DNA from: a virus
Length of the DNA: 64,000 bases
Virus record (IMG/VR): IMGVR_UViG_3300035698_018873
Span: 3,755-67,754 of that record
Reading direction: 5' to 3' (one strand)
Shown piece after piece: positions 36,123 to 45,995 of this stretch (the first letter of the stretch is position 1; each line of letters begins with the position of its first letter). The position numbers and the translations under genes were made by a program. The notes below the pieces were generated by a model. That model saw nothing but the letters and a program-made list of their open reading frames with translations. It ran no database searches and was not told where the DNA came from.

Positions 36123-37997
36123 TCATTTTATAAATTTTGGTATTTTTTTCCTTGACTTGAGAAAATCAACTGCATCAATAACAGTGCTACCAAATGCAAT
36201 CTTTGCGACATAACCCATCTCAACAATATATTTCAGTCTTTTTCTGCTGTGGTCAATCAAGTACCAATTACCAGTAAAATAAAAATCTATAACTCTCGAC
36301 CATCTTCTTTCATTTTTTCTTACTGCTCTGCCAACAATTTGATCAAAATTGCTTGATTTTTTGCCACCACCAATAAGTATCAAATTATGACATCCACCAC
36401 CAAGATCCATACCTCTTTTGCCAACTTTGCTAACTATCAAAGTCTTAATATCACCATCTTCAAACCCTTTTATAGCTTTAATCCTATTCTTTGGCGATAC
36501 CTTATTGAATATAAACGACGAATCAGGTAAAATTCTTTCTAATTCAAGACCCAACGGCTCAATACTGTTAGTATCAATAATAATTAAATTCTTTTCATTT
36601 TTAAAATTATTAACCATTTTTGAAATAACTTTATGAAAATCAGGATTTTCTATAATTATTTCTTTTTCCGCAACGTCAAAAGCAGTCTTGTCTTGTGGAT
36701 CAATATCTCCAAATTGAACCATACAATATTTAACTGGTTGTATTTGATCTATTTCTTCCAATTCTTTTCTTTTAGATCTTGATATAACTGGCCCAAATCT
36801 GCCTTTTAAGATCATCTTCTGAACTGGTTTATCTGGGTCATACGGAGTGCCACTAAAACCATGAACATATCTTCCCTTAAACCATTCATCAAATAAATGA
36901 TCATAATTTTTTGAAGCAGCGTTGTCCATTTCGTCAATTAATAACAATTCGCAGTTGCCAACCATGTTCTGCAAAATGCCAGTCTTTTTTATTAAAGTAT
37001 GATAAGATTTTAATGCTATCTTGAAGTATTTTTCTCTTTCGTATTCATGAAACACTTCTATAGCTTTAGCAAGTTGCTTATCAAAATCACTCGTTACACT
37101 AGCGAATTTTAACAAGTCAACATCTTTTATACCTATTTTTTCAACCAATGATATTTCACTAAGTTCTTTTTCAATATCTTCAATATCCATTTTGAATTTC
37201 GACTTGCATTTGTCAATGACATTAGAAGCAGACCATACAAGCTTCCCTTTTAGTCCAATAATGGCCGACAATTTATCGCCATCTTTTTCAGACATGCTCT
37301 TAAAGTCTTTATTCATTGTTGACATTTTAATCTTAAAATTTTTTCTCATCGGCTTTTTAGGAGTGCTCAAAGCTGCAATAGAGCCAACACATACCAAATT
37401 ACCATCTGGCATTTTGCCAGAATAAAACTCACCAACATCATCATGGTGCACCACATTAAATAACTTTAAGCTGTCTGTTATCTGGTTTAAAACAATAGTT
37501 TGTTCAGTTATTATCACAGTTGGGCATCTAAATAGCTTAACAATACCAGCCATCATAGCTGATTTTCCTGCCCCAGTTGGATGAAAATGCGTTCCTATTT
37601 CAAACAATATTCCAGCAACACCCTTTTTTGATGCCTGACAAACAGAATTTAAGCATCTCATTTGGTGATCGTGGGCCGTAATGCCATCAATTAATTTATT
37701 ATCAAAAGATCCGACTGCTGGTATAGGATATTTCGACTTTTCTCTTACATCAACCACTTCATAAGGAAAGTCATGTTCAATACATAATTCTATTAATTCT
37801 TTTAAATAACCTTTTCTTAATGACTGAGATTTTCTGTTGTAATATTTATAATATCCATCCCAAACACCATTCTTCATGGCCCTCTTGCGCATTGCTTGAG
37901 GGTCTTTTACTCTAAAATGTTTGTTTATAACAGACTCCTGCATCTCAAACACTTGGGTGAGTTTGAGCATACAGTTGTCTTCTATTATTATTTGCAC
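36123..37997 (-). CDS. uvsW: SF2 DNA helicase (UvsW-like)
   Basis: WDGY, HPTGAGKS, LIDEMD, FSGTP, QIVGRAVR; helical insertion before Walker B. Confidence 0.88.
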   Translation of the reverse strand: MQIIIEDNCMLKLTQVFEMQESVINKHFRVKDPQAMRKRAMKNGVWDGYYKYYNRKSQSLRKGYLKELIELCIEHDFPYEVVDVREKSKYPIPAVGSFDNKLIDGITAHDHQMRCLNSVCQASKKGVAGILFEIGTHFHPTGAGKSAMMAGIVKLFRCPTVIITEQTIVLNQITDSLKLFNVVHHDDVGEFYSGKMPDGNLVCVGSIAALSTPKKPMRKNFKIKMSTMNKDFKSMSEKDGDKLSAIIGLKGKLVWSASNVIDKCKSKFKMDIEDIEKELSEISLVEKIGIKDVDLLKFASVTSDFDKQLAKAIEVFHEYEREKYFKIALKSYHTLIKKTGILQNMVGNCELLLIDEMDNAASKNYDHLFDEWFKGRYVHGFSGTPYDPDKPVQKMILKGRFGPVISRSKRKELEEIDQIQPVKYCMVQFGDIDPQDKTAFDVAEKEIIIENPDFHKVISKMVNNFKNEKNLIIIDTNSIEPLGLELERILPDSSFIFNKVSPKNRIKAIKGFEDGDIKTLIVSKVGKRGMDLGGGCHNLILIGGGKKSSNFDQIVGRAVRKNERRWSRVIDFYFTGNWYLIDHSRKRLKYIVEMGYVAKIAFGSTVIDAVDFLKSRKKIPKFIK

Positions 37998-38013
37998 TTA
38001 TTTAAAATACATA

Positions 38014-39276
38014 TTAATCTTTGTTGTCTTCTTTTTCTTCAGAATTTTCTGCACCAATAACAGCCAAAATAGGCTGAACGTGCATTCCTATAATCGAATT
38101 CGCCATTTCAGAAAAGTACTTACCAGTCAATTTAGCAGACGCCATTTCACGGGCTTCTCTAATCACTTCCCCATCAACCTGGCCAAGAATACTTTCATTT
38201 CCTTCCGCAACCACATCATCAACAGTCAATCTGTCAGTATTAACTTTGGCAATAGCATGTCTAGTCACACCATTAATACTAGCATCAACACTAATTTCTT
38301 GGTGTTCACTAAGAAGTTCGTGTTCTAATTCCAGTATGTCTTCAAGTATCATTAACGCCGCTTTTGCAGCAACCCACAATCTGGATTCACCTATACCCAT
38401 TGATGATAACGCATCCTCTTCAGACCCAATACCACTGCCACCAAGATATTCAGTTATCTTAGCAGTTGCTTTTTTCCTTATTTGAGAAACACGAACATTA
38501 CTCACACCTAAAGCAGCCGCTATCTCTTTAGTAGCCTTTGGGTCTCTATCCTCACCACCTTTAGACATACCAAAAGTAGCCAACATAACAGCTTGTTCAG
38601 TCTGCGTTAAACCAATTTCCTCACTGTTGAACAAATTCAACAGCAATTCTCTTCTCTGATTATGTGACTTCTCTGCTTTTTTGCCAGAATCAGGGTCACC
38701 TGGAATAGTAGAAGCAAACGTCGCTGCGCCATCTTCTTTACCCATTGGGGTATCAGCACTAACACTAGCTCTAGAACCTTTAAGAAAATCAGTCTTACCA
38801 CCAGCGTGAGGCTTAACACCAGACACATTTGAAGATGCTGCTGCGCCTCTTTTGATTTTGGAATCTAAATATCTCTTCACATGAGTGGTAAATGGAGCAA
38901 TTCCTTTGTCATTTTTAGCAGCATCCCAAACAGCCTCAACACCAAACGAAACAGCCTCATCTACGCTAAAGGTTGGCGTCTGGTATCTTCTAGCAGTATA
39001 AATAATAGATGGTTTTAAAGCAGAAACAAGCTCATCTAATGTCCAACCCTTATCTAACGGCTTTATAACCTTTTTTAAATCATTTAATGCTTTTCCAGGT
39101 TTTGGGCTAGGTATGCCAGTCCAATCAATAGAAGAACCATCTGCATCTTTGTACGTTTCTTTAGGTTCTTCTGGTTCTTCTGGTTCTAAATGAGAATATG
39201 AATCAACATCAATATTTTCTTCATCTTCTACCTCTTCAAAAATTTTATTCATTTTATCATTAAAATTAAAAGGCAT
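38014..39276 (-). CDS. Sigma70-family RNA polymerase sigma factor with N- and C-terminal extensions
   Basis: IIYTARRY..DEAVSFG..FTTHV (region 2), VSADTPM (region 3), LTQTEQAV..TKEIAAALGVSNVRVSQIRKKA (region 4). Confidence 0.85.
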   Translation of the reverse strand: MPFNFNDKMNKIFEEVEDEENIDVDSYSHLEPEEPEEPKETYKDADGSSIDWTGIPSPKPGKALNDLKKVIKPLDKGWTLDELVSALKPSIIYTARRYQTPTFSVDEAVSFGVEAVWDAAKNDKGIAPFTTHVKRYLDSKIKRGAAASSNVSGVKPHAGGKTDFLKGSRASVSADTPMGKEDGAATFASTIPGDPDSGKKAEKSHNQRRELLLNLFNSEEIGLTQTEQAVMLATFGMSKGGEDRDPKATKEIAAALGVSNVRVSQIRKKATAKITEYLGGSGIGSEEDALSSMGIGESRLWVAAKAALMILEDILELEHELLSEHQEISVDASINGVTRHAIAKVNTDRLTVDDVVAEGNESILGQVDGEVIREAREMASAKLTGKYFSEMANSIIGMHVQPILAVIGAENSEEKEDNKD

Positions 39277-39287
39277 GGTTTCTCCGA

Positions 39288-39548
39288 TTATTGTATATTT
39301 GCTATATTTGGTGTGCGTCTGATGTCTGGAGTATTTCTACTTGGTGACCAACTGTTTGACATTTGAACGATATCAATGTCTTTCTTTATACTTTTTTTAA
39401 TTCCATCAACATCTTCAATATCTTCTTCGTCTTCGTTATCTATATCATTGCTGTTTCTTTGTGGATTAGACATAGGAACACCATATTCATAATGACTATT
39501 TGTAGTTCTTGGATTTCCAAGTTTTATGTTCAAGCCAGATAATTTCAT
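39288..39548 (-). CDS. Hypothetical protein
   Basis: Coupled ORF. Confidence 0.6.
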   Translation of the reverse strand: MKLSGLNIKLGNPRTTNSHYEYGVPMSNPQRNSNDIDNEDEEDIEDVDGIKKSIKKDIDIVQMSNSWSPSRNTPDIRRTPNIANIQ

Positions 39549-39973
39549 GTGCTTTTCAACGAAGAAATCATTTCTTGTTTAAAATCATTAAGAACATCAT
39601 TTATTTCATTTCTAGTAACAAATTCTTTAGTGAGAATCGGTAACTGTTGTGCTACAGCATTTCTTATCTGTTGTGGGCTAAAAGTTGGTTCTTCACTGCT
39701 TTCAGGCTTTCTTGGCTTTTTAGGTTCTTTAATCTTGTTCATATTGTCAACATTAATTTCTTCACTAGCATCAATATATTCTTCTTCTAAAAATACCTCA
39801 TACAAATTATTGCCAATACCACTGGTTTTAATTTTACACTCATTCAAACATTTAACGTCATCTTCATTACGAACCATTAAATAGCTGACTCCACCAATAC
39901 TAACACATTCAGAAATACCATCCCCAAGATACACAATTACCTTTTTTATGCCACTTTCGTTAAGTTTTTTCAT
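39545..39973 (-). CDS. Hypothetical protein
   Basis: Coupled ORF. Confidence 0.65.
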   Translation of the reverse strand: MKKLNESGIKKVIVYLGDGISECVSIGGVSYLMVRNEDDVKCLNECKIKTSGIGNNLYEVFLEEEYIDASEEINVDNMNKIKEPKKPRKPESSEEPTFSPQQIRNAVAQQLPILTKEFVTRNEINDVLNDFKQEMISSLKST

Positions 39974-40836
39974 GCTATCCTCAAGTTAAATAATGGAGAT
40001 GATCTAGTCTCGCCATTTGGCATATCAATGTCAACTCTATACTGGTATGTTCCTTTTAAAAATCTATTAGTGTCAACCAAATATTGCAATACATACGGGT
40101 TAGATTTATATTGGTCTTGTCTTAGCCCTACTGTCATTTCTTCTTCTGAAATCACCACTTCTTTGTTTGCAGTTTGAAATGTTATTTTGGCCTTAAGCGA
40201 TGGAATAAATTTAGAAATCTTATTTGTGTCATACTGATAAAGAGGCAATGGTGTTATACCAACCTCTAATTTTCTTATTTCAGGCTGTTGGAATCTACTA
40301 TCAAGCGGCTCAAATCCAATGCGTATATTTTTTAAACCGTCATCAACATACCAGCCACCACTATCAACAAAAAATTTGCTGCATTTACTTTGAATATTAT
40401 TTGGATCATCACATGGGTTGCTACCAGCTATGTCAGTTACATCAGGATCACAAGATTCGCAGTCATTACCAACAAAATTCCATACATCAAAATATACACC
40501 TGGACCAAACAACTCTTTACAAAGATACAAATCAAATTCAAAACATCCAGGCGTGTATTCTGGTTGAATGTCTGTCCCACAAAATCCTGTATCTTGGTTA
40601 ATGTTGCCACATCTCTTTATTAAGCCATCATATAAAAATTCGTTTGATAAATCTTTATCCTCTGGAGCGGCTGGTGGAAACACAATTTCAGTTACAAGAT
40701 TCTCTTCATTAACCGAACATTTGTATATCTGAATAGAGCACAAAGATAACGGATCTTTTGGTTCTCCATTATAGAAGAACTTATTGTTAAGTGTCACAGT
40801 ATCACAAACGGCAGCATTTAATCTAGAAGAACTCAT
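39970..40836 (-). CDS. Cys-rich putative structural protein
   Basis: Beta-rich; 11 Cys in the N-half; located in the tail module. Confidence 0.6.
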   Translation of the reverse strand: MSSSRLNAAVCDTVTLNNKFFYNGEPKDPLSLCSIQIYKCSVNEENLVTEIVFPPAAPEDKDLSNEFLYDGLIKRCGNINQDTGFCGTDIQPEYTPGCFEFDLYLCKELFGPGVYFDVWNFVGNDCESCDPDVTDIAGSNPCDDPNNIQSKCSKFFVDSGGWYVDDGLKNIRIGFEPLDSRFQQPEIRKLEVGITPLPLYQYDTNKISKFIPSLKAKITFQTANKEVVISEEEMTVGLRQDQYKSNPYVLQYLVDTNRFLKGTYQYRVDIDMPNGETRSSPLFNLRIA

Positions 40837-40851
40837 ACAATATATTTGACA

Positions 40852-41109
40852 TTACCTTCTTACACTAGGCATTGACGGTTTTGACATTCTTGGAGTTCTG
40901 GCTCCCTTAGTTTTATTCTGAGAGTCATTCTTTTTCTTCATTTCTTCATTATATCTTTCTAAATACCAAACACGTTCTTCTGCAGTCATTACTCGCTGTT
41001 CAAATAAAGATAAGCCACAATATTCCTTAAGAAGGAACATTTGATTCCACAAGGCCCAATACTGATTGTCTAGGGCCTCATGGTTAACCTGGGCGAAAAA
41101 AGTTTTCAC
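40852..41109 (-). CDS. Baseplate-hub/tail assembly chaperone (gp51-like), possibly a frameshift extension
   Basis: QMFLLKEYCGLS..MTAEERVWYLER; overlaps the upstream gene across a T6 run. Confidence 0.65.
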   Translation of the reverse strand: MKTFFAQVNHEALDNQYWALWNQMFLLKEYCGLSLFEQRVMTAEERVWYLERYNEEMKKKNDSQNKTKGARTPRMSKPSMPSVRR

Positions 41110-42043
41110 TCCAAGGTAAGGCTATAGTAGACTCAGCTTTGCAGTCATCATTTTGACATGTTACTTCTAACGAAGTATCCACACCAGGGCTAATATCATC
41201 AATGAAGGTCCTAATGACAGCAGTATCTTGTTGATGTAGTCCATCAATTATGCTAATTCTTCTGTCACCAGAATGTTGTTCTCCATCAATTTCAAATCCA
41301 ATTATCTGATTTTTCATGTTATCATCATAAACTTTACTTAGATCTTGCATATTATTTTTAATAACAGTTTTATTCTTTGACTTCTTTTTGATGCGAGCTT
41401 TTGACTTTTTGACAGGATCAAAAATTCCATCATCTGATCTAGACATTTTCATTATATCATTGACTCTAACTAATCTTATCAACGCTTTAATATCTTTTCC
41501 AAATGATTCTGATAATTTGGGCAAATCGACCTTAAATGGTTCTTCAGTATACTCATCATTGGCCCATTGAACTGATTCTTGCAAATCATTAAGATCAAAA
41601 TTGTACATGTTCTTTGATTTGCAAGAAGAACATGTAGAAACAAATTCATAGTCATTGCCGTGTGTTATACCTCTTAAGTAATATAACACATAATTAAAAT
41701 CTCCAGCAACCATATCTCTAATGCTAAAGCCTTCTGGAAGTTTAGTACATGATTCAACAATCTTGTTAAGCAATGATCCACTGGCAATCAATCTCTGATT
41801 TGTTAACATTTTATCAACATCAGCACCCATAGGCTTTACTTCTAATATGCCATCAGGCATCGCACCATTGTAATACCGACCTTTACTAGGAAGTTTTACT
41901 TTTTCCCAAGGAATATAGTTGTCTTGAGAAATATGGTCCAACAATTGATCAAATAAATTTTGTTGAGATTCTTGATTTTCTTCAATCCTCTCAAGTTGCT
42001 GGGCAACACTATCTGGCATTTCTTCTGACATTTCTTCTGACAT
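41084..42043 (-). CDS. Baseplate-hub assembly protein (gp26-like)
   Basis: VKLPSKGRYY, LRGITHG, CSSC, CQNDDC, terminal NFFRP. Confidence 0.75.
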   Translation of the reverse strand: MSEEMSEEMPDSVAQQLERIEENQESQQNLFDQLLDHISQDNYIPWEKVKLPSKGRYYNGAMPDGILEVKPMGADVDKMLTNQRLIASGSLLNKIVESCTKLPEGFSIRDMVAGDFNYVLYYLRGITHGNDYEFVSTCSSCKSKNMYNFDLNDLQESVQWANDEYTEEPFKVDLPKLSESFGKDIKALIRLVRVNDIMKMSRSDDGIFDPVKKSKARIKKKSKNKTVIKNNMQDLSKVYDDNMKNQIIGFEIDGEQHSGDRRISIIDGLHQQDTAVIRTFIDDISPGVDTSLEVTCQNDDCKAESTIALPWSENFFRPG

Positions 42044-42085
42044 TATTTCACCTCTAGAATTATTTACTTCTTACATAGATACAAC

Positions 42086-42113
42086 AATCCCCTCGTGTTT
42101 AAACGAGGGGATT
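42086..42113 (-). terminator. Intrinsic terminator after the tail tube gene
   Basis: AATCCCCTCGT / ACGAGGGGATT stem. Confidence 0.8.
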
Positions 42114-42123
42114 TAACAAAAAT

Positions 42124-42654
42124 CTACTGTAATTCTGCTCTATCATATTTCATTGATACATCAATGGTTTGTATCTCAGTATTAGTATAATCAAGATCAT
42201 TCCAATTAACATCGATAGGCCAACAACCGTACATCTTCCAAGATTCTATACTCTTGCCTTGGCCATCAGTCATAGACAACACAGAATCTTTTTTATAGTC
42301 TGACGGACTAGCAACTGTGGCTGATGGGATTTGAATAATTTCATTAAGCCATTCATAAACAGTCGCTGACGAGTCTAAGTCATTAGCAACATCATAAAAA
42401 ACCAAGGAAACTGGTTCCCAGTGATACTTACCAGCAAAGTAAGCTTGTTCTTCATCATGATGCATGACTGCTTCTTCGACAACACTATGGGGTCTCTGAG
42501 CAGACTGCAAATAAACAGAAGCCTCTTTCAGTTTTCCTACACCACCGTAAAGTTGAGAAAACACCCATCTATGTTTTCTTTTAGTTTCAACTCTTGGTGA
42601 CGCAGAGCCATTCTCAAACGATTCTGTATTATTACCTGAGGTAAATCCTGGCAT
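42124..42654 (-). CDS. gp19: Tail tube protein (gp19-like)
   Basis: ETKRKHRW, AGKYHWEP, YKKD, WKMYGCWP, LDY, YDRA. Confidence 0.9.
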   Translation of the reverse strand: MPGFTSGNNTESFENGSASPRVETKRKHRWVFSQLYGGVGKLKEASVYLQSAQRPHSVVEEAVMHHDEEQAYFAGKYHWEPVSLVFYDVANDLDSSATVYEWLNEIIQIPSATVASPSDYKKDSVLSMTDGQGKSIESWKMYGCWPIDVNWNDLDYTNTEIQTIDVSMKYDRAELQ

Positions 42655-42667
42655 GTTATTTCTCCTA

Positions 42668-45517
42668 TTAGCCCGTTACGCCGACAGCAGCCAAGACTTC
42701 TTCACTGGAGAAGCTTTGATCTGTTCTCAAAATACCAATATTTAGAACAATAAATTCTGCCACTCTTGTAGGCTTGATCAACAACGAAACGTGCATTTCG
42801 TTTCTGCCTATCCTGATCGGTGTATTGTTGGTTTCATCACAAATAACTTTGTACCCCGTGACACCACGTCTGGATTGTACATCATTCATGAAATTTTCAA
42901 CATTTAACGTAAGACTATTTCGTGTTGATTCATCATTTGGCTCAAACAGGTATTCATTAAGAAGACCATTAGGACCAGAAAGATTCTTCTTGATAAAGGT
43001 CAACAACATTCTTACATTAACTCTATCAAGAGCGCTATCGGCTCTTTGAAGAGTTCTTTGGCCCCAAATGTAAATTCCCTTTTGTGGAAAATTAGCAATT
43101 GGATTAACGGCATTGTTTAAACCATACATTATATCACGTTGACCACGATCTGGATCAAATTCAAGACCAAGCGCCTGAATCAGTTGACCTCTACGTAGTC
43201 CAGCTGGTGCAAACCACTGTTCAGAAACGCGTTCAGTCCTGGCAAACACACCAGCAACATGACCAGATGGAGGAGTAAAGATTTCACCACCATTAAATTG
43301 GTCGAATATCTTAACCCATGGGCTGTACAGCGAACCATAGCTGCTATTGAGAGCAACCTGAAGGTCAGTGAACAACAGTCCATTATGCCAGTCAACAACT
43401 TGCTGTGCATTGAGACCAAATGGAGGATCGATAATACTTAAGCAGTCACCACGACTAGTAGCAACAGCTAAAGCAGTGGTAATAACAGCGCCACTTGAGA
43501 ATCCTGGAGTTAGCAGCAAAGAAATATCAATCTTTTCAGGATCAGCAAAAGAGTAAAGACCACTACTTTCTGCTGGATTGCCAATTATGGCCCTATCAAG
43601 CTCGCTTGAGTAAACTGGATCAAAAGGAATACCATTAGCCTGGCCATCAAATTCTCTATTAAAGAATGATGCTGGTTCACGATCTTCATAATCAATACCA
43701 GAATCGCCACCAAGGAATTCAGGTCTATTAATCCATTGGATGAATTCGTTTCCGCCAACAGGAGCACTAACGCCATCAGGATTTAAAAAGCTGCCAACAT
43801 ACCGACTACTTGCTGGATCAAATGAAATATTGTCTAGGGCGAATACTAAAACATCCTGGTTATCAACCAATTTAAAGCTAAATCTTCCAGGAGGTGCTAC
43901 TTCGCCAGAGAATCGTTCAAGGTCAATTCTGTATCCATCAACCCAAGTACCAGACGTGGTTGCTACAAACCAACCAACAATATTCTGATAATATGCAGCA
44001 TCAACTACACATTGGGCAGCCTTAGAAGTATCACCATTAGAATATTCTTCACAACTCAGTGGGATTTCTTCAGTTACTTCACCACCTTCTGGGAGGGCAG
44101 TTCTAAGATCTCTAAATCCTCTGAATGACTCAGTGAACGGAAATAAGAAACCAACAGTCTCAGCAAATCTGACTGAAGTAATATTGCTACCATTAGCCAT
44201 TAACCTTATTTGGTCAAGTTGATGGCCAACCGTTGTTTCAACAACTAAAACACTATCACCGCCTGGTATAACCATTGAATAGGCTTTAACCAAAACATCG
44301 CCAGAAACCGTAGCCGACGCATTAATCGCAGAAGCTACAGTAGCTGCTGGAATATCAGACCCAACTGGTATTGTAGCGTTAAATTCAACTTTTGCAGAAG
44401 ATGATTCTACTTGGAATTTAGCTATGCTATTAGAAGAATTAAAATCGTACGGTTCTGGTTGAATGCCAATCAGATTTGATCTTGGTATATCAAAAATGTA
44501 AAGACTTTGGCCAATCTCTAATGCAAATGCTTCAGTTGAAACTAGTTGGATTGACTCGCCAGCTGTCTCAGTTCTAAATTGAACGCAATCATCTTCTGTA
44601 GCGTATGCTAAATATCCTTCACCGGATAAACCAGGAATAGAATTTAAAGCATTTGCTAAATCGTCAGCAGTAGCATAATCACCAGTAATGACGTAAGAAT
44701 TAATGCTACTTACGTCACCATTATCAACATTAAATGAAAAGGTTGTGTTATCAGGCTTAACAGAAAATCTGAACGAGTCATTAGTATCTAAAGTTCCTGA
44801 TGCAACAACTATTTGAACAACAATTCCATCAGAAACAACAATGTCTTCACTTGTGCCGACAGTGCCGCTTTCAACAATAGACCCAGATGTAACTTCTGCG
44901 CCATCAGACGACCTTGTTATTAAATATTCAGCACCATCAATCGAACTCCCGCTAGTGGCTGGAGCACTGGTCAATAAGACTAAAAATTCATCATCAATTG
45001 GCGCTATGTAATCAGACCCAACAAAAGTCAGATTAGCAGCAGTGGGTCCAAATGTAACTTCATTAACTAAAGCATCAACAAATTCAATAAACGATGTTGA
45101 TGCAGAATGGAATGAGAAGCCATTTTGGCCAGCTTCACGAGTCTTAATCTTACCAAAGTCAATATTCTGAAAAACCGGAATGCGGCCCCAGCCAGACTCT
45201 TTATTGCCAGAAACATCAATGCAAACATCGGCAAGTTCTTCGTCTTGCCCATCTTCACATTCAATGCCTACTCTATTGACCCAAGCAATATTACCTTCTT
45301 CCAAAAAAGCTATTACGGCATAGCCTAAATAACTTTCTGGAAAAGGATTGCCATACGTATCAACAAAGTTCTGCGCATTTGTTACTAGACTCGGATCATT
45401 GATCGGACCCTTATTTGCAGTTCCGACAAAACCTGGAAGTATTCCGCTGCTCCCATTGGGAAGAACACTAAGGTCGATCTCGTTAACAAAAACTGCTGGG
45501 CTTAGAAAAGTTGCCAT
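42668..45517 (-). CDS. gp18: Tail sheath protein (gp18-like)
   Basis: LSPAVFVNEIDLS, WFAPAGLRRG, WGQRTLQ, LDRVNVR, FEPND, AEFI. Confidence 0.96.
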   Translation of the reverse strand: MATFLSPAVFVNEIDLSVLPNGSSGILPGFVGTANKGPINDPSLVTNAQNFVDTYGNPFPESYLGYAVIAFLEEGNIAWVNRVGIECEDGQDEELADVCIDVSGNKESGWGRIPVFQNIDFGKIKTREAGQNGFSFHSASTSFIEFVDALVNEVTFGPTAANLTFVGSDYIAPIDDEFLVLLTSAPATSGSSIDGAEYLITRSSDGAEVTSGSIVESGTVGTSEDIVVSDGIVVQIVVASGTLDTNDSFRFSVKPDNTTFSFNVDNGDVSSINSYVITGDYATADDLANALNSIPGLSGEGYLAYATEDDCVQFRTETAGESIQLVSTEAFALEIGQSLYIFDIPRSNLIGIQPEPYDFNSSNSIAKFQVESSSAKVEFNATIPVGSDIPAATVASAINASATVSGDVLVKAYSMVIPGGDSVLVVETTVGHQLDQIRLMANGSNITSVRFAETVGFLFPFTESFRGFRDLRTALPEGGEVTEEIPLSCEEYSNGDTSKAAQCVVDAAYYQNIVGWFVATTSGTWVDGYRIDLERFSGEVAPPGRFSFKLVDNQDVLVFALDNISFDPASSRYVGSFLNPDGVSAPVGGNEFIQWINRPEFLGGDSGIDYEDREPASFFNREFDGQANGIPFDPVYSSELDRAIIGNPAESSGLYSFADPEKIDISLLLTPGFSSGAVITTALAVATSRGDCLSIIDPPFGLNAQQVVDWHNGLLFTDLQVALNSSYGSLYSPWVKIFDQFNGGEIFTPPSGHVAGVFARTERVSEQWFAPAGLRRGQLIQALGLEFDPDRGQRDIMYGLNNAVNPIANFPQKGIYIWGQRTLQRADSALDRVNVRMLLTFIKKNLSGPNGLLNEYLFEPNDESTRNSLTLNVENFMNDVQSRRGVTGYKVICDETNNTPIRIGRNEMHVSLLIKPTRVAEFIVLNIGILRTDQSFSSEEVLAAVGVTG

Positions 45518-45560
45518 TAGCTCACTCCGTGCTTTAAAGTATTTTTGCTGAAGTTAATAT

Positions 45561-45986
45561 TCAGTCAGTCTTACGTTTAGAAGAACTCTTATTCTTAGAA
45601 CCAGAGTCTTTATTCTTAGAACTTACAGCTTTAGATTTACCACCAGCTGTTGGACTAACTTTCTTCTTCGGCAAGAAATCCTTATAATTGGCCCCAACTA
45701 GGCTTGGTCCATTACTGCGATCTATCTTAGTAACTCTGATATAACCACGTTTTCTTAAATTAGACAGCTGCGCTTTAATGACACGATCATTTGGTAAATC
45801 AACATGTTTACCAGGCCCAACTTGTATGGTTATTTGTCCAGAAATAAGGGTAGAATTTTTTCCATAAAGCTGAATTGGAATCATCTGGAGTCTAGTAAGA
45901 TTAACAATTCTGATTTTGTTTTGTTCAGATTCTCTTTTAGCTCTTTTGCTTTCTTGAATCTCTTTAATTGTTAATGGGCGAGCCAT
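45561..45986 (-). CDS. Basic hypothetical protein
   Basis: AGGAG SD; Lys/Ser-rich tail. Confidence 0.65.
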   Translation of the reverse strand: MARPLTIKEIQESKRAKRESEQNKIRIVNLTRLQMIPIQLYGKNSTLISGQITIQVGPGKHVDLPNDRVIKAQLSNLRKRGYIRVTKIDRSNGPSLVGANYKDFLPKKKVSPTAGGKSKAVSSKNKDSGSKNKSSSKRKTD

Positions 45987-45995
45987 AGTGGTCTC

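Noticed and set aside
36950-37370. Intein in UvsW
   Set aside because: The insertion has no Cys/Ser start, HN end or LAGLIDADG motif
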